Shown here in pieces: positions 49,301 through 55,800 of a stretch of DNA of 62,356 nucleotides. The notes under the pieces were generated by a model that worked only from the letters and a program-made list of their open reading frames with translations, did not search any database and was not told the DNA's origin. Position 1 is the first letter of the stretch, and each line of letters starts with the position of its first letter. The DNA comes from a virus (taxonomy: Duplodnaviria > Caudoviricetes). Made by a program: the position numbers and the translations under genes. The stretch covers positions 1 through 62,356 of IMG/VR virus record IMGVR_UViG_3300046000_004988, one strand, 5' to 3'.

Positions 49301-52300
49301 TGCTTTGGATTGTGGCGTTACGACCTGACCTTTGGAGTAGACCAACTCGTACTTGCCTTCACCCACATGCTTCCACACGTCGACGTTCTTCGCGTCTAAC
49401 GAAGTTTGATGATTGCCCGCTGCGTCCGTTGGGAACATCGTCTTGCCCTTCGAGTGCCTGCCGGATTTCGACGGTTGCAACGATGGGTCAGTTGTCGTGA
49501 TGATGTAGTGATTTGGGTTCTGCCTGGCATAGTGCATTGCTGCTGCACCTTTCGCAAAGGACGGGAATGCCGTTGGTCTCTCTTTGAGACGCTCTGCAAG
49601 TGTGACCCCACCCTTGCTGTTTCCATTCGTTCTCACAAGTCCGCTCTTCACGATGTCCTCGAATGCAGCATCTCCAGTGACGATGCGGTAGTTCTCGTCT
49701 GGGTTGGCGAAGTCTGCCTCTGTTCGAGTGGTGCCAGAACCAGGGCTTGAACCTGGACCTCCCGCTTCATCTACTGTTGGCGCAGACCCCGAAGACGGAA
49801 TCGAACCGTCACCTTCAGATTTGCCGTCTGACGAGTTGCCTGTTTCTCCATTCGGGCTTGTTGCCTCCGCTCCTGATGTCGGAGATGGGGCGGAATCTTG
49901 CTTGGCTTTGGCTTCAGCATCAGCCTTGGCCTGGGCTTCAGCCTGCGCCTTCTTGGCGGCACGATCTGCTTCCTGCTGCTCGACGTCACGAGGGAAGTAT
50001 GTCTGACGCAGTCCAGGGGTCGCCTGGGCTACTTGAGCGAGACCTTCTTTGGTCCATGTGACCTCTGACCCATCTTTGACAGCAAGTGGTGCTCCTGACG
50101 CATCTGTTGCTTCCATGGCGAGTTGGTCACGCTGAGTGAGCGGTTGACCCGTCAGCACCTTCATGGAGGCAGTGATGAAGTCCTTCATCTTCTGATCTCC
50201 AACTCCACCGAGTTCCGTGTGGGCTTCGTATGCCAACTGGATCGCTCTGTTGCGACGACCAATGGCTTCGATGAATGCAGCTTCAGTCTGTGGCGTTGCG
50301 ACTCCCTGGTCCTTTTCCGCGAAGTACTTCTGGGACAGTTCCATGATCTCCTTGTCGCTCTGCTGGCGCTCTGCCGGATTGATGAACGACATGATGCCGC
50401 GAACGTCGTCGAGTTCGATTGGAGTCTGTGGGTTCTGCTTGTTCCAAAAGTTCACGAAGCCGAGTTCACCTTTGCGGATAGCATCCTTCTGTTTGGCTGC
50501 ATCAAAGATGCTCGACACGATTGCTGCTGACCCACCGATGAATGAGGCGAACAGACCACCCATGCCTTCCGTGACTGCGTCATTCCAGATCTTCTCTGTT
50601 GATCTGGCTTCATTTAGCAATCCTGAGCCGACACCTTCCATGCCTTCTGTGACTGTGCCGACACCGAGACCTTTGACTGTCTGGACCGCTGCATTGCGGA
50701 CTGTTGATCCTGGGACTGTGCCTGCCTGCTTGGCAATGGTGCCGAGTTCGTCCATGCCCTTCATCACTGAGTCGATGATTTTGTTAGCCGAGTTTGCCGC
50801 ACGACCAACATTCTTCGCTAATTTGGCGCTCTTGCCTGCTGCTCTCAACACGACCTGGGATGATGTGAGACCTTTAAGAAGACCATAACCAACGATGTCG
50901 CCTGCTGCCTCAACCATGAACTCACCAGGGTTGACCGAGATGCCACGAGCGGACATTTCCAGGACTGCGTATGCATCCGAGTTCTTGATGGTGCCGTTGA
51001 CTGATGCGTAGCGTGCTGCCTTTGCCACGTTGTCCTGACCTTCTGGTGTCTGGTAGAATGCCTCACGCAGGAGCATGGCGATAGCCGGATCTCTGGTCTC
51101 GTGATATGCCACCATCAGTTGAGCAACAGGTGCCTGCTTGTTGCGGATGTCGTAGTACGAGAGTTTGCCAGACTTTTGGTTATCGTAGTGTGCCTTGATC
51201 TCAGCGTCCGTGAGTTTCGGATTGAGTTTCTTGAGTGCAGCGAGTGACTCAGTCTCACCCTCGGTGATCTTGTGCATCGAGCCTGCCTTCGACTTCAGCA
51301 GTTCAGCGAACTGGTCGATGGTGCCCTTGGTGAGATTCTCATCCTCGATGGCATCAATGAGTGCGTCGACGGTATAACCAACTGGTGAACTAGGAAGCAT
51401 GCGCTCAGACATGTATTTGTCCACCGCTGCCTTCTTCTCGGCTTCAGTCTGGAATCCACGCATGCCTCCACCACCGAATCCACCACCAGCAACCATGCCT
51501 GGAGCGACTGGACCAGTGATGTTGGTTTTGCGCGGGTCGGAATCCCGACCCATCCACAATCCGCTGAACAGGTTCTTGGCTTGCTGTATGCCAGTCTCGA
51601 CTGTGAGTTTGAGCGTCTCAGGCGTGAACACTGCCTGGAGTACGTTAGGTGCAGCCTTGCGACCCATGGCGAACTCATCCTGCCAGAGAATGATGAGATC
51701 CTCCTTTGTGAGTTTCTCGCCTGCCATCATTTTGGACTTTGCGTTGGCGATGTCAGCTTTGTCGAGCGGGTCTCCCAGGAACTCTTGCTTCACTGTGCCT
51801 TCCTCGAACACTCCAGCATCTTCTGCTGCCTGATTGAGGATAAATCCGATTGTGCGACCAGCAGCACCAACTGTGGTAGCCATGCCGAGCATCGAGCCTG
51901 TGACATTGCTGCCCGTCTCACTGACTCCAGACCAGAATCGTTGTGCCAGTGTGCTTTGACCTCCTGAGATCTTGTCTGCGGCGGCATTGAATGCATGAGG
52001 ATCGAAGTCGGGCTGATCCGAGTGACGGTTGCGGTACTCATTGCGCCATTCCGTGAAAAGTTCATCACGGGCAGCGACGAGCATTCTGTCAGTCACGTCT
52101 GCGGCTGGTGCTGCCTCATACTCCCTCAGACGCTTTGCTGCGTCGGTGTCTCCTGCCTTCCAGGCTTCGTAGGACGCATCCGGCGAGGGCAGGATGGGGT
52201 TACGCCCATAAACTGCCTGATCGAGCGTCCTGGCCTGCTGTAGGCTGATGACGCCCTGCTTGTACAGGAGGCGGGCATCTGGCATTTCCTTGTCCATCTC

Positions 52301-54142
52301 CTTGAGGACACCTGCCGACATGAGCTTCCGGCGCTCATACTCTCCTGCGCCCTTCCAGTTCTCCACCAGGGCGGAGAATTCATCCTCCTCCATGCGGCGA
52401 GACTTCCAGGTCTTGTCGATGGTGCTCGACACCATGGCTGGATCTTGCCCGTTCGGGTTCTTGTCTGCCGCTTCCTTGACCTGCTCAATCTGCTGGGCTG
52501 ATGGTTCGGCATACTCTGGCACACCGCTGAACGGGTTCTGACTGCGATACGATGGGGATGCCGTCATGCCGCCCGCTTTCTGCGACAGGATGACCTCAGG
52601 CAGTCCGAGATCATTGTGGACGACATTGCCGACCTGCTGTCCATCCACCCACACGCCACCTTTTTTGTCATCTTTTCCGAGTTCGGGCAATGTGACCTTC
52701 AGCGTCTCGTCAGTGTGGATGATATCGGTGCCAGTCGCCTTTGCCGCCTCCCGTGCTGCTGTAGCCTCAGGAGTCAACCAGGAGGCTGGTGTGGCATCAT
52801 CTGCCGCCTTCTGTGCTGGCGTGCGTCTGGTGGTCTTGTTCTCACCCTGCTCCTTGAATCCCCACTCGTCGGCTGGCGCATCTGTTCCGTCTTCGATGAA
52901 GTGCGTGTTGGTCGTGTTCTTGGCTACATGGAAGAATGCAGGCTTGATGTTGCCATGACGTGCCTCTCCGTAGCTTGGCAGGTTGAGTTCTGGAAGCTCA
53001 GGTGTGTCGAATACGCTGCCTCCTTCCTTCTTGTCTCCTGTGATGTGAGGGAATGGCGAATTGAAGCCAGACTGTGGTTGGGACAGGTTCTTGATGTCCG
53101 GTGCCTTGACGACTGCTTCAGCCTGCTTCACCGGACCAGTGGCTGGGAGTGCTGAGACTGGGGTCGATGGTTTGGGTGCTGGTTTCTCTGCGTCTGGTGC
53201 CGTCTTTGCGGCTGACGGCATCGTGAGTGCTGCTCGACGGGAAGTCGTCATCAGCTTTACCTGCTCCAGGTTCTGACCCATCACGACTTTCTGTGTGGCA
53301 CGCTTGAAGTCTTCCTCGATTCCCCTGGCTGAGATTGCTGAGGCGTTTGCGGAGAGCTTCTTGGCAACCTGCTTCTTGGCTTCGAGATCTGCTGATGCTG
53401 CATCGACTGCCAGTTGGTCCACGGCACCTGAGTCCTTGTCTGACTGCAATGCTTTGAGCTTTGCGGATGACTCTGTCACTGCCTTGGATGCTTCGTCTTC
53501 TTCCGCCTTGGCAATAGCCTCATCCTTCTTGGTGGCAATGGTCTTCAGTTGGTTGTCTGCGTCGATCTGAGAAACGATGTTGGTGACTCGCGCCAGGTTG
53601 TCGTCGATGACCGCTTTGGCGTTCTTGGCATCTTCCTTCGCCTTCGTTGCTTGAGCTTTCTGCTCCTCTTTTGTCGATGGGGCGTTCGGATTCCAGTCTG
53701 GGTCTTTGCCAATAGCTTTCTGGCGATAGCCTGGAGGGGCACTGTATATCACACCATCCTTCTTGATGGTTGGTGCCTTGTCGTAAATCGACGACGTGGT
53801 GCCATCTTCCGAGATTAGAACAGGATCTCCTGTCTTTGGGTCAACAGGATGCTTTTGGCCTGAATGTTTGAGCAGGTATCCGTCGCCGGATGGTGCCTTG
53901 ATCTTGATGAGGTTCCCATCGGGTCCACGAAAGTGAGTCACTCGTGTTGGGGCGATGATCTCACTTTTGCTGACGCCTTCGTTGCTCTGCTCTTCTGGGT
54001 CGGAAGTCCGACCCGAAAGATACGCCTCACGTTCTGCTCGTGCTGCTGGTCCAAGACCCGATGACGTTGTGTCCATCGGTGATTGGTAGCGACGTGACTG
54101 TTGGTTGTAACCTCTGCGTGCTTGATTGAATGGGCTGGGCAT
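37337..54142 (-). CDS. Giant (5,601 aa) polyvalent / internal virion (ejection) protein
   Basis: Uninterrupted ORF; zincin-like motifs (EEMHH, HEYLH, EEMIH); MTase, SAM-lyase-like and HhH-like modules; C-terminal PFVRTPTNI segment resembling podovirus internal virion proteins. Confidence 0.88.
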   Translation of the reverse strand: MPSPFNQARRGYNQQSRRYQSPMDTTSSGLGPAARAEREAYLSGRTSDPEEQSNEGVSKSEIIAPTRVTHFRGPDGNLIKIKAPSGDGYLLKHSGQKHPVDPKTGDPVLISEDGTTSSIYDKAPTIKKDGVIYSAPPGYRQKAIGKDPDWNPNAPSTKEEQKAQATKAKEDAKNAKAVIDDNLARVTNIVSQIDADNQLKTIATKKDEAIAKAEEDEASKAVTESSAKLKALQSDKDSGAVDQLAVDAASADLEAKKQVAKKLSANASAISARGIEEDFKRATQKVVMGQNLEQVKLMTTSRRAALTMPSAAKTAPDAEKPAPKPSTPVSALPATGPVKQAEAVVKAPDIKNLSQPQSGFNSPFPHITGDKKEGGSVFDTPELPELNLPSYGEARHGNIKPAFFHVAKNTTNTHFIEDGTDAPADEWGFKEQGENKTTRRTPAQKAADDATPASWLTPEATAAREAAKATGTDIIHTDETLKVTLPELGKDDKKGGVWVDGQQVGNVVHNDLGLPEVILSQKAGGMTASPSYRSQNPFSGVPEYAEPSAQQIEQVKEAADKNPNGQDPAMVSSTIDKTWKSRRMEEDEFSALVENWKGAGEYERRKLMSAGVLKEMDKEMPDARLLYKQGVISLQQARTLDQAVYGRNPILPSPDASYEAWKAGDTDAAKRLREYEAAPAADVTDRMLVAARDELFTEWRNEYRNRHSDQPDFDPHAFNAAADKISGGQSTLAQRFWSGVSETGSNVTGSMLGMATTVGAAGRTIGFILNQAAEDAGVFEEGTVKQEFLGDPLDKADIANAKSKMMAGEKLTKEDLIILWQDEFAMGRKAAPNVLQAVFTPETLKLTVETGIQQAKNLFSGLWMGRDSDPRKTNITGPVAPGMVAGGGFGGGGMRGFQTEAEKKAAVDKYMSERMLPSSPVGYTVDALIDAIEDENLTKGTIDQFAELLKSKAGSMHKITEGETESLAALKKLNPKLTDAEIKAHYDNQKSGKLSYYDIRNKQAPVAQLMVAYHETRDPAIAMLLREAFYQTPEGQDNVAKAARYASVNGTIKNSDAYAVLEMSARGISVNPGEFMVEAAGDIVGYGLLKGLTSSQVVLRAAGKSAKLAKNVGRAANSANKIIDSVMKGMDELGTIAKQAGTVPGSTVRNAAVQTVKGLGVGTVTEGMEGVGSGLLNEARSTEKIWNDAVTEGMGGLFASFIGGSAAIVSSIFDAAKQKDAIRKGELGFVNFWNKQNPQTPIELDDVRGIMSFINPAERQQSDKEIMELSQKYFAEKDQGVATPQTEAAFIEAIGRRNRAIQLAYEAHTELGGVGDQKMKDFITASMKVLTGQPLTQRDQLAMEATDASGAPLAVKDGSEVTWTKEGLAQVAQATPGLRQTYFPRDVEQQEADRAAKKAQAEAQAKADAEAKAKQDSAPSPTSGAEATSPNGETGNSSDGKSEGDGSIPSSGSAPTVDEAGGPGSSPGSGTTRTEADFANPDENYRIVTGDAAFEDIVKSGLVRTNGNSKGGVTLAERLKERPTAFPSFAKGAAAMHYARQNPNHYIITTTDPSLQPSKSGRHSKGKTMFPTDAAGNHQTSLDAKNVDVWKHVGEGKYELVYSKGQVVTPQSKAKTEAAPAPTQSALAHPVFNGISDKAKARESNLNSRGVQTVTVTNDKEAADFIGAALKNKGRSALVTIKDGKPVVVFISDNIAKIKKTPESREALVNEEMHHAAALLVIQENQELLNKAEREAQGINGESFYKGYSKLSARAKVIEAMAAYANGRWTPKARSSIRKIVDLIVSSIVRTGVSLADARPAAIVALKNLSESATEMLDTTVDGATTTTSPTQTPTNENAPTTQAGNPPGTGQTDSTTTDDVKPDEQQPATNAGSDVGPESGPADEQSKRPAPESKKAAPQWTIRTTRGRTLTILADQAKDKQEAINALAQQTERGEMLMTQTLTQPDESGSDKTVVQQVYEVIANLIKGKHKDDAKFYASLGTMIAVALKKHMPTLEASFDKIVVLDTEVDGGGMYVQGNTLYIAPRTFIKSLAALPAKDMQEFVDRGFFHEYLHTVIDTVMTPAEAGKFWRGLTEQAQDEFRAAYSQGKTDVLGSDSQWGNEYLRAYLENRHGKGISEEMFLNTKFFRSAVDLIKRIIARLTNIMESISDEADKEWMAEKISEINAAFVASQQNITSGDVDAQRAAKVAKARSKPIGSSSLVKAHVNDNFGAMLKEIGVDLVPSFSSVSAHYVVSEGGKRRGGYIEYNPMVMAEWSPGQIIDAMREEMIHALEDKALIAEMMKQGHKMTDKYIQSGQYHIDFFDGIYGMMTPEQIKYVKSIYTSHGNRKYVIGSEFRRMVMQKEHYNGLTEQAMAGNKTPAKRNAALEAIASLFSAAVSTLKKMMFKNTQAGKQAKKVYDVAIADLRRIDPRGEAKDLGSTIQPMAAPASGSPGVQDVRNQFLRTNTPIKSKLNEEISKEIADYHDSAPAGIDQATRDSYNAFNRETREQYEALVKAGYRIEPWEGKGAPYKDSAEMVDDVRNNKRLFYFKTSDGLGDNATQEAEAYPPLEQSGIVINGKPIIYNDLFRAVHDIFGHGSNGRSFSTHGEFQAFQDHAAMYSKEAMPALALETLAYNAWFNAGKHLRREDGSLPVQGDKDFIPLSKRGYAPRKTYLFPQSLIDKAIGTRTEVTGSKDLRGDGRSFAKFFASVTQGAEDKFKPTGDYVPAIDLDPSSKAFQIARYRFRGNFDDHIATSIPGYDEVQAVVGSAIVKTFGDSGADMLDIGSSEGALNKAITGLSKGKIKTLGIDPNTSMEQTFKSKGSVEGAEFDLSAFGSKEDAGKTAWTEDDGTDVKFFDPKGRKFDVVHEAMVFQFISNARNAQVMRVKELMKPEGIAIFEQKFGDRKDVFDANESKKDLDWKSRHYTVEQLKQKRDAVLNSGGDQVEGMTALQVAHWEMEDVLRSNFKHVTQFWSSGNFRGYVASDSADTLSKFTSNLQSTDSEFATQATPRIVQPMAGPMSDPATLSDFDTAEGIKEIINKPGWAIFTAENPNKKRESDLRNAILNRGLMKSLQSDTLDHKQVDGHYGYPEKPFIVIDQGMSVQKAAALARQYGQESVLTTEGLVYPDGSYNPAQDVTIFDKKPDDNYTIVKTPTGNIIFSVNMDWDNKIQPMAAPASQTAPALAEIDRVLDLKKKMPSVITSRLEGGKVRTIAQIYRKLIKTSIRPGGNVNNAGDRMLEVLNRASFEFPKFASWYESRLKMAMNIFTQLDPDLVKPDNRAALLITLAVSSNGADVNTQTVDAWEVYKHWKKSGKLAGATKRGSTRAEAVEEHLALADKMAEHLGGFSNLGDFLNKTGTVKELRNELRKMHLWDKKEILGITTGELIDEIVPFSLIFGPKLGSFFNNMSGDFSTITMDRWFMRTIGRMMGTQLVRVDKGTLTKAWSRLNAALAEYDGDLFTIAGIPQKADLLTVETLGKHFQKKENRENLSPKDDAIRLAVNGLFKIADGFTLAEAPKNGTHRRWIRKVMINAIEKYNRTAKIPLVPAEAQALLWYYEKIVHQQHGSRQKDDAPDYGSAANRLYIKERGLPSSLYEDSDGIKPRSGGGRSAAFSGNQSVGTTQGSGDGTSRGDVAEMQPMAAPSSGITNESDAEFVESAVAEWQEVQEKARLASIEKNTIRSAWNQALKDAGPWYNKEKSPERTAKLEAVDSARSAMDKNEELVMARHEPIKGVYLRFGKLPEGGRSTNGYTGRKENGISVYNVRWEGGRWTIVDDGSGGATQESIIDDANRSILLVTGDDIDQGSDEEPVLSNIRVLKELNPNEIVPANWDAESWDEHHARGWTNQYMAAPKQNNIVEPGFYSHLQNVISVQLPDTLATKPGKTVKGRPIAERTITGKDGKILKVIRAGQEPDKVYPAQTVASQVKEIMEKAEVTSEEIKWSGIIPWLFTKESVTKEEVLDYLKTEGSTRFVERKLTERSRSFRDYMDIINDRMSLAGNYSKFEEDKKFIEERLDTWMSKGDPESIKYLQMITDLDIDEINPPGDGEIGYPQEKLRTIGGRNYREVIVTTSGQSEVTLKKGLEIKQMDSGRWNIWDSSTKGDGPGWVLAVGKETRDAVVGYARSDDMLAAENQQQFASSHYPEVPNYIAHMRIQDIDDGLLIDELQSDREKETRKKGLLEEQVAADKRRVEIENKGMSATPEEKKEWADIMSKHNGKLSGVPDAPFRRSAQWSMQLFKRALRDAVADGKGWIGWTSGEVQNKRSGLENRLSEVKMTKAFGGRDGRYYLTAYDHNFKRVIDTIIKPEELPNKIGNELAQKMNAMEWTTGKVEQANGSVTEETFKKLKGLDIKVGGKGMTDLYDKIVPTEVNEYLKQWGVKAEPSEITSTSGTTLSHRLNILNVSNFSIKNNINGTGKFGVWDFNLRRLVLDGVGEDGGNPISFDTKKDAEDWIVNGDREKIKISIWKVKITPEMRESIKDKGQPLFMAGPRHESPDAAESFLEQMMGELPSEAELEALRQMALSQKPGEKTIGDPDKANISKNEKIRVEYEVSQQIRSGDVSPEKVQDWIDQGRKMARNEDDVMNQVMSSYFEGGGFDSPELVFASAIVTARQFRRALQSGDPAQMREAHAMAYADGAGRSQTARAMRAMADPHKSPHERNMEYIAKLITTPSIRERIEIAAAPSPFAKQKQIAKLKAKLEEVKALLAESEKSRVRGKTHDDLIKQTKALSEEIKTQSEEKDRKTLIEEYTEARHKSVMDALAAQGISEEDIFVTPEERVNSHDSVPVREAMGMHPQEHQDAIRYIMRGYSHADVAVMTGLPRDVINTIHQDFRQKSLRGTIAKWVKRGNTLFDTIQSGIKYITGQSMAAPMPYNTAINNKLINAEVEIERQLNVLCPTAKQVNSGKMIVEIVDTKKNGQQVTIKVPYSPTDFRATYRVARAISISQSSAYDKMYEYWIMNLLSGPETNVVNVIGNILSSGIHILAQKPLETLWNIIFQDPNSAQMGEWKHIMRGIMPGIRDAFAMAALAFDSEADPIGHRYMDEPLEMTFDKAGQLDKVGRYRGPSIAGAKGRIFRLPGRSLMMVDSFMKALMGNIEVGAQAYRLGKQAQKAGLIGKSAADIESFIKAEVSTPGSKSWELAIDVATELAFQSETWMSAVARAFAQPNLGADQYQKKALDAAAAGNIKKMHDMRRAANAMMFIEHAMRFIFPFVRTPTNILRIGIRKSPIGAISLAAHVMTAFGKGATNIKNKKRFWANQDRATIVTLMAEQTQAWLTFATVFSMTEGDDDDDDKKLIIVGGRPSGTTSPGSRNEAYRNYGGTYMIIYRHNNGKETRVPFGRYDPIATVLGTTVDSIIEIKRMHKMRSLGLDGGSAMNATTNIIGSLMSQTEDKSFFQGYSNMVKTVDSLRRAGDAPSDLAYGFLKQIISGVVPNLLRQPLRNADPLVRDSKDKAELLYSALPLGIWAGPVVDYYGREVEKGGSPVSRIFIRAGNKATTREPAEEWITEWNNLHPDDKFQPTDLRANDYWVYGPKGERRMITDNSVKTTFEKAVGQEILRMHNNYVSGLKKSTSGKIISGKDNNVDLKNKLTNLASEAKKAVRTRFLKSPFASARNTID

Positions 54143-54147
54143 TCAGA

Positions 54148-54175
54148 AAGCTATGGTCCATTCCTTGGGTATCAA
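54148..54175 (-). promoter_or_regulatory. Putative leaderless late promoter of the giant gene
   Basis: TTGATA-N16-TAGCTT, 5 nt upstream of the ATG. Confidence 0.5.
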
Positions 54176-54260
54176 GCAGATTTCAGGCTAATATCCTGAT
54201 ATGGTATTGCGACACGAATCGCCCGAACGTGCGATGCATCGAACGCTTTGCGTCGATGAT

Positions 54261-54539
54261 CTATTTGTTCGGCTCACCAATCAGACGCCGCAGAAATCCG
54301 ACACCAAAAGCGCCGGGTATAGCCTCGCTGAATACATTATGCACAGCGATAGCTGGCTCATGAGTCGAGGTCTTTGCTTTAGCCCACGGGTTGCATTGTG
54401 GGCATGGCGTGTTCATAACGTCATCATCGGGTTCGGTTCCGGGGAGCATCCCACATCCGCCACAAGCCGAACAACGGCACTGCACCACAACGCCTATGGC
54501 GTTGCTGTCCATCGTGTTTTCAATCTCTGATTTCGCCAT
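54261..54539 (-). CDS. Cassette 1 ORF, CxxC zinc-binding hypothetical protein
   Basis: CSACGGCG...CPQC; start lies within the attC2 loop. Confidence 0.65.
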   Translation of the reverse strand: MAKSEIENTMDSNAIGVVVQCRCSACGGCGMLPGTEPDDDVMNTPCPQCNPWAKAKTSTHEPAIAVHNVFSEAIPGAFGVGFLRRLIGEPNK

Positions 54540-54553
54540 AGTCGTGTGTGAGT

Positions 54554-54805
54554 TTAGACGTTCGCCAGATATTCAGCGAGTGCTTGCCCGATCATCTTTC
54601 GGTCCTCCGCGCTCACTGGTTCCGTGATTTCCGAGAGTGCCACCGCGTGCAAGATCGGGCGTCCGTTGACGCTCAGAATCCATGCCGGGACGGTCACACC
54701 TTCGATGTTCGAGTGGAGATTCGCGCCGTGCCATTCCACGCGACCAACAGGCGAACAAGACGCTGGAGAGGAACCGCTCTTAACGGCTTTGTTTCGGAGT
54801 TTCAT
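54554..54805 (-). CDS. Cassette 2 ORF, hypothetical protein
   Basis: Start within the attC3 loop; stop within the attC2 R'-side spacer. Confidence 0.65.
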   Translation of the reverse strand: MKLRNKAVKSGSSPASCSPVGRVEWHGANLHSNIEGVTVPAWILSVNGRPILHAVALSEITEPVSAEDRKMIGQALAEYLANV

Positions 54806-55134
54806 GGTAGTTTGAAAGGTTTATTGTGTGGCGGAGTGCCGCTCCCAGAGCGGTCCCTCAGCTCAGCGTTAGCTGAAATCATTCGTTCCACTGCCGCCCA
54901 TGTCTCGGGAGTGTATCCAGGTGGAGGGTTGTCCACCGACCACCATGCCTCAATGTATGCTTTGCACTCAGCTTGATCCTCAGTCAGCGGAATGCCCGCC
55001 GACTCCAAGGCCTCGCAGAGCGCAAGGCCACAGCTGACAAGTCGTGTGAGGCAACGCCGCTCAGCTAACAAGGCGCTGGTGCCGACCATCTGGGGCGGGC
55101 TGTCGGACTTCGGTGTTTGGCTGGTTTCGATCAT
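54802..55134 (-). CDS. Cassette 3 ORF, hypothetical protein
   Basis: Start MIETSQ within the attC4 loop; ATGA overlaps at both ends. Confidence 0.65.
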   Translation of the reverse strand: MIETSQTPKSDSPPQMVGTSALLAERRCLTRLVSCGLALCEALESAGIPLTEDQAECKAYIEAWWSVDNPPPGYTPETWAAVERMISANAELRDRSGSGTPPHNKPFKLP

Positions 55135-55796
55135 GATTTTTGGACGGTTGAGTTTTCTCCGGTTTCGGCCCCAGAGGTCGGCACAGCTTTTGCGTTCTGT
55201 GTCTGCGCGATGAACGCCTCCACTTCTGCGATGGCGTCCTCGTCTTCGTGCTTCATCCATAGGTAGTCACTGCCCCATTGAGCTTTGCGGTCCTCGTATG
55301 CAGCCCACAGCACAGAGAGCATCTTGTCTCTCGCTGCCAGTTGGCGAGCGATGTCGCTTTTCGCGTGTAGGGACTCCGATGTCATCGCGCAGATGTGGCG
55401 GATGTAGTGCTCTCCGAGGCTTTCGGAGTCTTGGGCCGGATACACAGAGGCATCGCATGCAGGCAACGGCTCGGAGGTGGTCTGTTGTGTTTTCATAGTT
55501 ATTTGCTCGCGTTCCTGATCCGAGACGTTCGGCAGTTCAACAACGTAGTCATTCCAAGTCAAAAGACCTGGATCAACTTTGATTTTATCAAAGATTCTTC
55601 CACCGATAGCATAAGCATCGTCGTGAGATTCAGCTTCGATGAAATGAGATTCAAACGAGAGTGACCCTGGTCCAAGTTGCTTGAACGATTCAGGCAGAGG
55701 TGCCCCTGTCACTTTCTTGATGATCGAGTTGACCAGGTTGTGGTCCTCCAGGGTGACTTGGTTGACTCTTCCAATGATGTAGAGATACTTTTTCAT
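55131..55796 (-). CDS. Fusion of upstream gene (MKKYLY) with cassette 4 ORF (internal start MKTQQ at 55496)
   Basis: Reads through attC5 without a stop; the C-terminal part contains HICAMTSESLHAKSDIA. Confidence 0.6.
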   Translation of the reverse strand: MKKYLYIIGRVNQVTLEDHNLVNSIIKKVTGAPLPESFKQLGPGSLSFESHFIEAESHDDAYAIGGRIFDKIKVDPGLLTWNDYVVELPNVSDQEREQITMKTQQTTSEPLPACDASVYPAQDSESLGEHYIRHICAMTSESLHAKSDIARQLAARDKMLSVLWAAYEDRKAQWGSDYLWMKHEDEDAIAEVEAFIAQTQNAKAVPTSGAETGENSTVQKS

Positions 55797-55800
55797 GGCG

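Larger units (their letters stand above)
54222..55533 (+). mobile_element. Integron-type attC cassette array without integrase (5 attC sites, 4 cassettes)
   Basis: attC-like hairpins at 54222-54273, 54466-54566, 54750-54874, 55063-55200 and 55444-55533; each cassette's first bases (GTTnnnn) complement the R'' box at its other end. Confidence 0.85.

Noticed and set aside
7221-53818. Numerous + strand ORFs in the six-frame track (e.g. 7745-8509, 25356-26045, 50217-50888)
   Set aside because: They are antisense shadows of well-supported minus-strand genes and carry no recognisable motifs
37337-54142. Virion RNA polymerase (N4- or crAss-like) within the giant ORF
   Set aside because: I found neither a DxDGD/DFDID motif nor T7-type polymerase motifs by eye; an HMM or structure search is needed to exclude it fully
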